DNA from: Selaginella moellendorffii
Taxonomy: Eukaryota > Plantae > Lycopodiophyta
Direction: 5' to 3'
Assembly: GCF_000143415.4 (NCBI RefSeq)
Contig: NW_003314263.1
Location: 870,165 to 934,164 of the forward strand
DNA: 64,000 nucleotides
The position numbers and the translations under genes were made by a program. Shown piece by piece: positions 25,001 through 37,078 of the stretch (positions are counted from its first letter, which is position 1; the number at the start of each line of letters is the position of its first letter). The notes below the pieces were generated by a model. That model had not been told where the DNA came from. It made no database searches and saw only the letters and a program-made list of their open reading frames with translations.

Positions 25001-25600
25001 ACATCATCCTAGGATTCCCGCAAAAGAACTCCAGCCAAACACAAGGATTAGCACCAAGAGCAAAAAGAGTTGTACCAAGTGCCGTGAATGCCGCCATCAA
25101 CTGAGTTTGGTTGTTCAATTGCAAGAGTGTAGCATCAAGCAATTGTACCAAGTGCTGCTCCAGAGTCAAAGGAGGAGATTGCTGATCTGCCATAAAGACA
25201 GACGAAGAAAGAGCAAAAGAAGAGAAACGACAAAAAGTGAGAAGGAAATGGGAGATCTAGACAATGCAAAAAGCTAAATCTAAACCAAAATCCTGAAAGG
25301 GAAGAACAAAAGAAAAGAAATAGAAAAAGCTAGATCTAGACAATGGAAAAAGCTAGATCTAAACTAAAATCCCAAATTCAAGCACTCCTCAAGGACAATT
25401 AAAAATGCCCCTCATCTCCACCAATGTGAGTGCTTGGAATATGAAAAGGGAATACAGAAAATGTGCATATTAACTAGCCCAAAAACCCTAGTTTATATAT
25501 AGGAGCGAGTGGTCCAGATTGAAACCAATCCGACGGCTACCAAAATCCCACTATGCTAATATTAGTATACGGCATCGTAGCCGTACACTTGGACCTCACA
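22012..25600 (-). mobile_element. 3'-truncated, decayed Ty3/gypsy LTR retrotransposon: 5' LTR 25425-25600, PBS 25407-25423, gag, protease, RT, RNase H; no integrase or 3' LTR
   Basis: Gag LQGTALQ..LRQGPSESVMQF; protease VLVYTSSS..DLILGMD; RT SPWA..FCIDYRPLN..KLDLASGY and FINDVLI; RNase H PVLAYPDYTRPFILRVDAS and ADALSR. The PR-RT-RH order is gypsy-type. Confidence 0.92.
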
Positions 25601-26569
25601 TAACATTTTTTTTTTTTTAATTATTTCTAAATCATCATATACTTTAAAGATTTTCTGTGACTATGGTGGAGTGGAAAAGGAAGTAATTGCAATAGGAAGT
25701 ACATACATTTAAATATAGCTATAATTAATAGCTATAGTGAGTGAAAAGTAAATCCATTGAATTAGTGAGTGAAGGATATAGTTGTAACACTACTAATAGT
25801 TGTACAAATAGAAAAATTGACAAGTTTATTGTATTAGAGAAAATGTATTAATTAAAAATATTTGTAATTATTAAAAATAAATAATACTCTATATTTAGAA
25901 TAACTAGCTTAAATAAATTAACTCGTTTTATGTAATAAATAATAATACTTTAGAGAAATCATGTTTATATTTAAATAGTACTAGGTAATTATCAAATTTT
26001 TTGATAAAATAAAGTAGAAAATAATACTAACTAAATCTGGTAACATGTAAATGTTTAAAATATAATTAATTATATTTAGAAAAAATTTATCTTCTTACTA
26101 CTACAATCAAGAAAGTTTTAACATTTTAATTTTTTATGAATAATATCATGAAGAGAAAGAGTCTAATAACAAAAATAATATCCATGAAACCTATGAAAGC
26201 AAAAAAAGTTAGTTCCAAGATGGACGGCGCATTCCTGGAACGAAACTCTTGAAAAGTTTATACTTTGTTATTTATTATTCTTTATTGGTCTAATTAAGTG
26301 CCTCTAATTTGATAGATTGGTGTGTGTTATATCTAGACAGGTAAAATAACATAGTTATAAATTGAAATCAACACTCCAAAAACAAGTACTTTTTATAAAC
26401 TTCTAAACACTAAAAGTTAATATGCTGAGTTTTAATGTTAAGTTTGATTCAAGAAAAATTGTAAAATCAATATGAGTTTGTATCATATCAGTTTTAAAAT
26501 ATATGTATTATTACGTGATTATATAAGTATTAAAACATATATAGTTTTAATTAGATTTATACCATGGTT

Positions 26570-29500
26570 TTCAGGTGCTTATGTGCATAATGCAAGTTAA
26601 GAAATCCTCTTGGAGTCAATGTGGTTTATAAAGCTTGTAAGATATTTACAAACAAAGAATCAGATAAAGGTGTTTCATGTAATTTTAAAACTGAATTTGA
26701 TTTTAGATCCTAAATCATTTTTGTTTTTGTTTTTTTTTAGATGCTACTACAAGTGAGGGCTCCAGCTACACTAACTTTAAGGCAACTGATGGTATGGATT
26801 ATAGAATGATGTAAAAATTGATTAGTTTCTATGTCTTTTATCAGATATAAATATCATGACACCAAAACATAAAATTTTTATAGATTCACAACTACTAAGT
26901 TTCTTCAGTCACTAGTACAAAGGTTTTGTCTAGTGATGACAATGCTTTCCAAAAGATTTTGAGTATGATGGCCTTGCTGGATAAGCCTCATTGCTTGCAG
27001 CATATGACAGATGATATTTTACAGATTTGATTTAAGGACGACGTTGATGGTTCTCTTCCCAAACTTTTGAGTGCTCGTGGTGGTTGGAATCAAGATACCA
27101 CAGAGTTAATGCAAACCCTTTACAAAGACATAGGATTGTGTAGTGTCATGTTGTTTGTTTTCACGATAATGCACCTTCATTAAAGTTTCTTGGTTTGGTT
27201 GACGGTGACGTTGAACAGATTGGTTTGAACCCCTAAACCCTAAACTAATCATAGAAAGATTGAACTTATGGTGCAAGTTGACTACCATCAACTTCAATGA
27301 ACTTCAACATAAACGTGATCCAAAGATGGAGGGTACAATGAAACAAGTTTGGCATAGTTCAAAATGGATAAGGTACTTTGCATTCTGCGATAGTGGTAGA
27401 ACTTTTGAGCTTCCAATTCACTGCTTGTCATGCAAGAGATGGATTCAGACTTGGCCACAAAGACATATAACGTTCTCTAGTCAATAGTACAATCATTGTC
27501 ATGGTTGTAGTTTTACTACATGCCCAGAATGCAGCAGTGATGTCCCATGCAATCCAAGGTTTGCAAATGGTGATCCACAAAATTTAGCACTAATGCTATA
27601 CGCTGATGGTTTTCAAGTAACATCAACTAAAATGAGAAGCATAATATTGTCATGCTCAACGAAGGGACACAAGGCATTCACGAGGTTGAGGAACTCATTC
27701 TGCCAGTATTGTATATTTAGAAGGATGAGCTACCTAACAATATGGACAATGCAAATGTTCTTGACGTCTTTTTAGATCATATCATGCAACAGTTAGAAGA
27801 TTTGTACCTGAATGGACACGCAACTAAATATTCATTATAGATAAACTCTATATTTAACTTTCAGTAGTTTAGATTTTAGGGCTTGAACAAAAGTTCTGCA
27901 TGTGAGCTATTGAAGATGAGCTTTAGTAAGTTCTTTCTTCTATTTAATCATTTGTAACCACTTTATATTTTCTATTCTTCTGCAGTGGGAGGAAATCCAT
28001 GTAGATATTGCTCAATTCGTAATACTAGAAAGTAGAAACTTTATAGAGATATTTGGCAGAAAACCAAGAGACTGAGATCAATGTCAAACGATGGAAGAAG
28101 TCGAGGTAGCTATTAATCATCTTCAAATGGGAAATACCTCTACAGAAAAGAGTTATGGACCAAGAGGCAAATCTGCTCTACATAGAGTTTACCATGGTCT
28201 AGACTTACTCCANNNNNNNNNNNNNNNNNNNNNNNNNNNNNNNNNNNNNNNNNNNNNNNNNNNNNNNNNNNNNNNNNNNNNNNNNNNNNNNNNNNNNNNN
28301 NNNNNNNNNNNNTTTGATGCTATGCATACTATTTCTTCGCTTTTGCAAGATACAAATAATATGATGTGGAAGAAAGTCTGAGAGGCTAAGAAGGAAGCAA
28401 TTGCAAAGGAAGGACTTCAGCTAATATTGTAGAAGAGGTCCTCAAGCATGAAAGTTGGTTGACCGCTAGAAAGACCTTTGGAATGCTTAGCTTTTTGGAA
28501 AGCATGTGAGCATCATCAGTTTTTACAATAGGACTTCTAGAGGATCTAGATGATCTTTTTAAACTTATATAACTAAACACTGTTATTGCAATGATTTTTT
28601 ATGACTTTGGATGAGACCATGGTTGAAATGTTGAATCATTGCTAGTTTTGGACTGTTTATTATCAGGAGTGTTATTGGTAAAATGTTCTAGTGAGATCAT
28701 GTATCGTAGCTAGGCATATGGTTCAAGATATATTTCATATTGGACCACATGATGCAACATGGTGCTAAGAATGTTTGGTGATATTAACAACATGAAGACA
28801 AATCACAAACAAATGGACATATTACTTTCTCTAGGATCCATAACAGGTGCTTCAAATAATAATAGGATAAATCATTTCTAATTTGTTGTTTTCCCAGGTT
28901 GTTTTTTACTAGAGTACAAGCTTTACACTTTCAAGATCATGATCATCTTCTTCCTCGAAACCATTGGGAAGGATTGGTTGTAAAATGCTTGCAAGAAGTT
29001 AAAAACACCAATGCAAATCAAACACTTTCTTTCTCTGCAATGTTTTCAATCCTTTTTCCACATGATGTAATGGAGTATTTTGCCAAGCAGTAGCTAAAGC
29101 TTTATTTGCAGAGGCTCCAAACTCTAACAGGGACGATCTGATAAAGGAGAAGGGAATTCTTATTGGCAAGGGAGTTAAGTGACCTATTGGTGTTCATGAG
29201 CTTAATGCAATTGCAGGATTCAACAATAAAAGTGAGGATGCATAGTCCAATAACAAGGTGATTCACTTCAAATTTACTTTCGCAGTGGGATATATCTTTG
29301 GAGGCTAAAATGTTCACATTGTAGTGAAGAATCGAACTTGGGAAGAACTTCCTTGGATTAAGAAGTTTAAATATGCTTTTAGTCATAAGTTTGAACAAAG
29401 CTACAAGTTAAAGCATATTTTATTTTATTTTATGTTATGTATATTTTGTATTCTCTTGCAGGTTTACTTTGCAGTAGATTATTTTCGTTATGAAATAACA

Positions 29501-29662
29501 AATGGCCATCCAGAAAAATATGAGTTTTCGAGTATGCATCTGCTTACAAGCGCAATGCATAAGTTCAGCGTTGATTGCATTCAACCTGTTGAGCTCATAG
29601 AGCATGAGATATGTGTGGTTCTGATCCCAGATGGAAAATGGCGTGGAGATCAAATTGTTTAG
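26570..29662 (+). mobile_element. Decayed CACTA-like transposase, copy T2 (mirror of T1)
   Basis: ORF fragments identical to those of T1 on the opposite strand. Confidence 0.7.
28213..28312. other. Assembly gap (100 N)
   Basis: Run of N. The paralogous arm implies only ~10 bp (tgattctgtt) is missing. Confidence 0.98.
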
Positions 29663-30579
29663 GATGTAAAATCCTCAAGGCTACCATGTAAACTTCTTGA
29701 ATCAGGGGATGTTGTTCCAATATGGCCAAAATCTCATGATATTCTTCAAGTGAGAGCACCAAGGACTGCTCATGAAGCTTGGTATGTTTATGTTGATCAG
29801 GTTTTTGAAGTAGAGAGGAAGGCCAAGTCACCTGGCTGCAACACGTGAAAGGCTTGCCTCAGAACATTTATGCACTTACATATCAAAATCGGCAAAGACA
29901 GAATGATTGATGGTGAAATATAGACGTTAAAATGATTAAGAAAAACTCATTAAGTGAGATTAAAGAAAAACTTGTTAAAAAAATAAAAAAACAAGTTTCT
30001 AAATGAGTTTAACATGTTGGTTTTTAAAAGGAGTTCTAGTGAGCGAGACATTGAGGATTTGAAAGCACAGGGAGCGGCTGAGGCTCCCAGAACTGCAAGC
30101 ATGTCCTGTATACGAGCAAAGCTACAAGGTTTGCTTCCTCTACAAACCTTTCATGTTCTTCACAAGGATTCACCTTGCAAGCTTTGTTCTAGGATTATAA
30201 ACGACTTGCAATCAACTGGAAACTGGAGGAGCTCGTGCTCCTTCTCAAGGAGTTGCGTGTTTCTCATACAAAGGCAAGTTTCCAAACCTTCACTCCTCGA
30301 TCTAACGCATGCAAAGTGGATGAACTACTTTCTGCCGTCGGCTGAGATGTGGCTGCGATCTAGCCGAGAATAATCTAATTGTTTATTGAATATTCACCCT
30401 TCTTGGGAGTTGACGCCCCAAGCTTGTTCTTGGGGTTGTGCGTGGTGTTGAGCGGCAAACACATCAAGGTTCTTCCTCGCCATCCCAACCGTCGACAAAT
30501 AGTCGTTATGAGAAGCTAGGGTTTCTACCCTTTTTATTTCTCATCTCAAGGAAGCTTGCGCGAGAGGAGAAGCTCTGCG

Positions 30580-31491
30580 ATGGTCCGCCAAGACGTTGAG
30601 TTTGAGGACGACGATTGTGCCGAGCTCCTCAAGATCTACACGAGGGGCGAGAGGCTGGGTTGCGGGAGCCAGGGCCAGGTTTTCGTGCTCAAGGGGGCCA
30701 CGAGCTACGCCGGGAAGATGTTTCGAGCGGGGAGGGACGCCGGGAGAGAGCTCCGGCTCATGTCCAAGCTCCGCGGATGCGCTGGAGTGGTCTCCTTGGC
30801 GGGCTTCGTGAAGGAGAGGAGCGGCGGGGCTTGCTACGGGACCATGGTGATGGAGCTGTGCGGTCCTAGCCTGTTCCATCGATTGATCAAGGGAGGGCCG
30901 CTGGGCGAGGAGGAGGCCGCCAAGACCATCCAGAGGCTGGCGGAGGCGCTCAAGGGGATACATAGCAGCGGCATCGTCCACCGGGATCTCAAGCCGGAGA
31001 ACATCTTCGTCAAGCTGGACGCCACTGCCGTGCACGAGGTGGTGATTGGAGACTTCGGCGTGGCCACGGACGACCCCAAGGAGATGTCGCAGTGCTGTGG
31101 AACCGGGAAGTATATGGCCCCGGAGGTGACGAGCTGCAAGGGTGACGCAAGGTCGCAGAGCTTTTACACTGCGGCCATCGACGTGTGGGCGCTGGGAGTG
31201 ATCGCATATGAGCTGCTGAGAGGCTACAAGCAATCCAGGGAAATCGAGTTGTTGCGAGCCGGGGAATTCCCGGATGGTTGTCCTCTCTCAGACGAGGCGG
31301 AGGATCTCATCTGCGGGATGCTGGCTGTGGAGCCGAGCGAGAGGTTGACACTGGATGGTGTGCTGGAGCATCCCTGGATCGTGGAGAATTGCAGCAGTAA
31401 GACGATTCAAAAGAGGAGGCGCTGTGGAGTGAAGAGGAGTGCTCCCGGTTTTAGTAGCGACTTGGTTGTCAAGAAAGTTCGAGCAGCGTGA
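30580..31491 (+). CDS. Kinase type C, copy C2, intact (protein identical to C1)
   Basis: Translation identical to C1 in the ORF track. Confidence 0.9.
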   Translation: MVRQDVEFEDDDCAELLKIYTRGERLGCGSQGQVFVLKGATSYAGKMFRAGRDAGRELRLMSKLRGCAGVVSLAGFVKERSGGACYGTMVMELCGPSLFHRLIKGGPLGEEEAAKTIQRLAEALKGIHSSGIVHRDLKPENIFVKLDATAVHEVVIGDFGVATDDPKEMSQCCGTGKYMAPEVTSCKGDARSQSFYTAAIDVWALGVIAYELLRGYKQSREIELLRAGEFPDGCPLSDEAEDLICGMLAVEPSERLTLDGVLEHPWIVENCSSKTIQKRRRCGVKRSAPGFSSDLVVKKVRAA

Positions 31492-31590
31492 GTGTGTTAA
31501 ATACCTGCCTCCATCAGCCAACTTGGTGAGCGCTTACTGTTAGTACATGAAGAGATAAATGTAAACCAGGGTGTAGTTTGATCATACAGA

Positions 31591-32150
31591 TCATATTTTA
31601 AAATCAATGATATAACGTGAATTTGTGTGCCACTTGGTATGGCTGTTTGCTCGCCCCAAGCCCGGCTCGGAAACGCTCCTGGCTGCTCGTTGCGTGAAGC
31701 CTTGGCCACTTTGCATCTGGTAGCCACCGAGTAGCGACCCCCAAGCCAGAAGATCCGGGAGAAATGGCATGGCTTGGACGACCTCGCGAGCGAGTTCCAG
31801 GTTCCCGGCCTGTCCCAGGATGTCTGTGACTGAATCGTAGTGCTCCCTCAAAGATGTGATTCCAAAGTCGCCGCTCATGAGCACAAGGTGGTGGAGTCCC
31901 TGTTCTAGCTTTCCGCCATGGCTGGACGCAGCGAGAACACTGAAGGCTTGCTCGTCGGGAGTGAGTCCTTCGATTGCCATCTTCGCCACCAGATCAAAGC
32001 AAGAGCTTAACTCTCCGGTCTGAGCATTCCCTGCGATCATGGTGTTGTAGGAGACGACGTTCTTCTCGGGAAAACGCTCGAAGAACCGCGCTGCCGCTTC
32101 TAAGTTGCCATTTCCAGTGACAGGTCCGAGCAGTGAGTTCTAGGAGACAA
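31591..32150 (-). pseudogene. PPR 3' fragment (P2, mirror of P1)
   Basis: Same 149-aa ORF as P1. Confidence 0.8.
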
Positions 32151-32271
32151 AATTAGAAACATAATTATAATTCTTTTTTAATTTTTTTCTTTACATGATG
32201 TACTTAGAGAAAAAGATAAAATGTTTTGCAAAACTTTGAATGTATACATTCACAGTCTTCACAAGCATTCT

Positions 32272-33271
32272 TTACATTGTAGCTATTGATGGGGCTGCGT
32301 TGTTGATTTTAACCCAAGCTGGTCTAAAATTTCCACTTGCAGTTGTCATTGTCGGGAGCACTGGCCTGGCTGTGTCGTCGGCCTTCTCTTGGAAATATGG
32401 CATCTTCAAGGCGTTTTGCGCCGAGATCCTCCTCGCCGGATCAATTGCCAGCATCCTTTTGAGCAGCTCCACCGCATCGGGGTCTTTAATTCCGCTTCTC
32501 ACGTCCTCGGCTTTCCACCACACCATCTTCTCCAAGATCCTCTCGCGTGCTCGCTCTCGGCGCCTGTCTTGATAGCCCATGCCACAGCCATCGATGTCCA
32601 GCTTCTTGGCGAAATCAGCCACAAAATAGTCGAGCGAGTCCCCATCCTCCTCGTCGGGCACGTCAAAGGGATTGCTACCCAGGAGCATCTCCGCGAATAT
32701 ACACCTGGCGCCCCACACGTCGATTGCGGTGCCAAAGCTGGTGGCACCCTTGAGAAGCTCCGGAGCGTTGAACGTTAAGGTCCCGACCTTGTTCGACCAG
32801 GGGCGTGTCCGCAGCCCTCGCAGTAGCGAAGTCCGCCAGCTTCACAACAAACTTATTCTTCTCTCCATCCCTTTTGACGAGAACGTTGCTCGTCTTGACG
32901 TCTTGGTGAACGATTCTGTGCGCGTGAATCCACGCCAGGCCCTCGAGGATCTGGCGCATCACGGCCCTGATGTCGTGCTCCCCAAGCTTGCGTGACGAGA
33001 TCACATCGCTCAAACTCCCGTCCATGAGCTCCATCACCATGAACGTACCCTGGTTGTTGCAGGTCAACCCAAAGAGATTGACAACGTTGTCGTGCGCTAC
33101 CTCTTCCAGGATCTCCGACTCGTTGATGATGGCATCGTAAAGGTACTCGTGCTCGTACATCTTCTTCATGGCTACTTTGTCTCCAGTCTTTCGGTGGAAC
33201 CCAACCCTCACCTCTCCATCCGCTCCAGCGCCTAGCAACCTCGCGCCACTCACCCACACATAGTCTGCCAT
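32272..33271 (-). pseudogene. Kinase type B, copy B2, frameshifted just after the DFA motif
   Basis: 2-bp deletion near 32815 (gcgagggctg versus gcgaggaggctg in B1) splits the ORF. Confidence 0.85.
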
Positions 33272-33826
33272 CGCTCGAGAAAATGAATGGTTAGGAAAAC
33301 TTAAAGGATTTGTTTTGTAGAAAAGGCATCCAGCTTCAAGAAAAAGATGGAGAAAAAGGAGTTTATTTTAATTACAAATGTAAAAAGAAAGGAAAAAAAC
33401 TCTTTAAATCTTGGTCGCTTGCGCTGCGGGCAGCATATTCTCCTTGAGCTTCCTTGATCATGTCCCGTTGGGCGCAGTTGCAGAGGACCTGCCTGGGATC
33501 GTCAAGAGAGCACCACCACTAAAAAGAAAAGAAAAAAGGATCAGAAAGCATAGAAAAAAAAAAAACGTGCCAAGCTTTTTTGTTTACCAGAGTTCCTGAT
33601 CTTCTACAACGTTGAGATTAATCTTGTATTTATAATTATAAACATACTTATAATTTATAAACCTTCCTAAACACCTTTTAGTATAGTTCAGTTTCTTCTA
33701 CCATTCAAATATTATTATTAGTCTATTTTACTTATCTTCTTTTCGTGTCGGACACAACTCATATTTTTACTTAGTGTTGTAATCTATACTTCTTACAATA
33801 TTTTGTATCTAAGATATTCTCATATG

Positions 33827-34594
33827 TTATTGGGTATTGCGATTTAAATACCTGAAAGCTAAAGCTTGCCGGGCAGTAATTGGATCAGACGCTAGCATCG
33901 ATTTGATTAACTCCAGGGCGTCTTTGTCCTTGATCAAATCATCCAAAGCCCGAAGAAATTTTTTGATCGTCTCCAACACCTCTCCTTTAGCCTCTTTCTC
34001 TGGTAGCTCAGGCATTTCCAATGGCAAGAGCATCCCCACTAGCAATATCCCAGCACTCCATATGTCCACCGCAGTTCCCACTTTCAGGGTTGTTTCTGGG
34101 GGATTGTTGCAAAGCCTCCTCGCACAGCTAAAATCGCCCAGCTTCACCTTGAAATCACATCCTTTGACCTTCACCAGGATGTTATCTTTTGTCATGCCCT
34201 AGTGCGCCACCCCACGTTCATGCGGCCATGCAAGCCCTAGAAGGAGCTGGCGCATTATCTCCTTGATCTTCTCTTCCCTGGTGAAAAACCTCGAACCAAG
34301 CTCAGATTCTTTGCCAGCTTTCGAAAGGAGGTACTCCAACACGTTACCATTAGTATGCTCGAATACCATGTAGTAATTCCCGTCCTTGTCTAGCCCCATG
34401 TCAATAACGTCCAAAACGTTTTCGTGTTTGCAATTTACCATGATCTCAAACTCCTTGAGGATTTGCTTGTGAACCTCCTCGCCTTTACCCTTATTTTTTA
34501 TCACTATTCTCTCGCCCAGATCATTGTATCCATGCGCCACCGCAGAGCTTTCGCCATATCCAGACGCATAGTTATATCTGCCCAACACTTTCAT
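33827..34594 (-). pseudogene. Kinase-fold type A' copy with premature stop (CAG>TAG at 34199-34201)
   Basis: MKVLGRYNY..CKHENVLD..GVAH* then GMTKDN..GDFS..DIWSAG in the same frame. Homologous to 8807-9745. Confidence 0.82.
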
Positions 34595-34656
34595 TTCTCA
34601 AGCTATGGAGAAGGGTTTAGGGTTTTAGGCGCGTTTCTCCATAGGGAGCTTAACTG

Positions 34657-34887
34657 TTGGGCAGATATAACTATGCGTCTGCGGATGCGCATGGATGCGA
34701 TCATCTGGGCGAGAGAGTAGTGCTAGGAAATATGGGTAAAGGCGAGGAGGTTCACAAGCAAATCCTCAAGGAGCTTGAGATCATGGTAAATTGCAAACAC
34801 GAAAACGTTTTGGACGTGATTGACATGGGGCTAGACAAGGACGGGAATTACTACATGGTATTCAAGCATACTAATGGTAACGTGTAA
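34657..34887 (+). pseudogene. Inverted partial duplicate of the A' N-lobe (A'')
   Basis: GRYNYAS...CKHENVLDVIDMGLDKDGNYYMVF, head-to-head with A'. Confidence 0.8.
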
Positions 34888-35694
34888 TGCCTACTTTAGA
34901 GTTTGCTCCCTTAAGGGGAGGTTTGTGCAGGTTAGAACTCTGTCAAAGATAAGCTAGAGCACTTGTTTCATGTGAGAGGCAAGATAATACACTCTAGCTT
35001 TGAGTTGGAGGATGTTCACATCTTGTGTAAAGTTACAAATTGAAACTTTGTTGCAATTAAACACTATTTTGGCATTAGAAGTATATTGGTGGTAGAGTGT
35101 TCCGTGGCAAGTCTTATAAATCATGGAGCATGGCATAGGGTAATGTACATATACGTTTATTGATCTCTGCCTCAACTTCCTCTTGTAGGCTTCCATCTGG
35201 GAGTGTATTATTGATGATCAAGTCTTCAATTGGATAATTCCTCACATGCAAAAAATTCACCATCCACTTTACACTTAATTTTGTACATACCACTCCTTAA
35301 TAATGTAAAAATTGTTTACATCACTCTTCATCATCCCTACTTCCCATCCTCTTGTACCAATATGGCCTAGCAAAAAGATTGCACAAAGGCAAATAGATTT
35401 GCAAATGCTGAAATTTGCAAAATCTCATAGATTTCAAAAATACTTTTAAAATAAAAATATATTTCTAGACCTTTAAGTAAAATATAAAATAAACCAGAAA
35501 CTGGCAGGCAGTGATCCTCCCAAAGTAGACCGTGCTGAGAGGGCTTGTGATTCATGGCCAGGACATGAAGATTGCAGAGGACGAGCTGCATGATGCAGTA
35601 GCCTCTTGTCTCCACAACTTTGTGCTGCCTCGCAAACAATCCATCTCTGATCACCTCTGGAACTTCCACAAGCTCATTTGTTACCATCACAATC

Positions 35695-36528
35695 GAGGAC
35701 CTGTTGCGTAAACACTCTCATCTTCGGCTACGCGGAGAGTGGCGAGGCTGGCGGTGGAGCTCGACTCTCTAACTTTCGCCGCGGTGCTCAAAGCCTGTGG
35801 AAGCCTGGGGGATCTGGAAACTGGGAGGAAGATCCACGCCGAGGAGATTGGATCACTCCACAGGGACGATCCCGTTGTTGGGAGCTCGCTCGTCAGCTTC
35901 TATGGCAAGTGCGGGAGTGTGGACGAAGCTCGCCAAGTCTTCCACTCCATGGATCGAGGCAGCAAGATCTGGGGACTTGGAACTCGCTGCTGGAAGCTCA
36001 CAGCCACGCGGGAGACACGAGCAACGTGTTGGATCTCTTCGAGCAAATGCTGCGCTCGGCATGGCCACGGACGACCCCAAGGAGATGTCGCATATGGCCC
36101 TGGAGGTGACGAGCTGCAAGGATGGTCATGGCGACGCTAGGTTGCAGATCTTTTACACTACAGCCATGGACGTGTGGGCGCTGGGAGTGATCGCATATGA
36201 GCTGCTGAGAGACTACAAGCAGTTCAGGGAGATCAAGTTGTTGCGAGCCGGGGAATTCCCGGATGGTTGTCCTCTCTCAGAGGCGGAGGATCTCATCTGC
36301 GGGATGCTGGCTGTGGAGCCGAGCGAGAGGTTGACGCTGGATGGTGTGCTGGAGTGGATCGTTGAGAATTGCAGCAGTAAGATCAAGAAGACGATTCAAA
36401 AGAGGAGGCGCTGTGGAGTGAAGAGGAGTGCTCCCGGTTTTAGTCGCGACTTGGTTGTCAAGAAAGTTCGAGCAGCGTGTGTTAAATACATGCCACCATC
36501 AGCCAACTTGGTGAGCGCCTACTGTTAG
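35695..36528 (+). pseudogene. Chimera: PLS-PPR fragment fused to the C-lobe of kinase C (C'1)
   Basis: TFAAVLKACGSLGDLETGRKIH..SLVSFYGKCGSVDEARQVF..TWNSLLEAH joined at tcggc (~36057) to ATDDPKEMS..DVWALG..KKVRAA. Confidence 0.82.
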
Positions 36529-37078
36529 TACATGAAGAGATAAATGTAAACTAGGGTGTAGTTTTTTCATACGGATCATATTTTAAAAACAATGATATAA
36601 CGTGAATTTGTGTACCACTTGGTATGGTTGTTTGCTCGCCCCAAGCCCAGCTCGAAAACGCTCCTGGCTGCTCGTTGCATGAAGCCTTGGCTGGTAGCCA
36701 CCGAGTAGAAATCCCCAAGCCAGAAGATCCGGGAGAAATGGCATGGCTTGGACGACCTCTCGACATCCCCATTATTAAAATTATGTATTAAAATATTTTA
36801 ATATTACTTATTCTCAATTACTAATACATCTTCCAAAACTATAATAATAATACTTTTTTAACTATATGCTTCAATATTATTATAACTCAATGCTATAGCC
36901 TTTATGCTCCTTTTATGCTCTGATAGTATTGATTTAGCTTAGCTCTGTCATTAACAATTTATATAATCCCAGAAGAATATCCCAGAATAATTAATAATAT
37001 ACTTACTAAACTAAAGAATAAAAATTAAAAATACATAATATCTTAATTAAAAGCGATATCATATAAATTATTATAATT

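Larger units (their letters stand above)
13559..33352. repeat. Palindrome 1: arms ~13559-21471 and ~25348-33352, spacer ~3.9 kb
   Basis: Mirror-image ORF pairs have constant coordinate sums: 15423+31491 = 16358+30556 = 46914, and 19523+27297 = 46820 inside the N gap. Confidence 0.95.
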
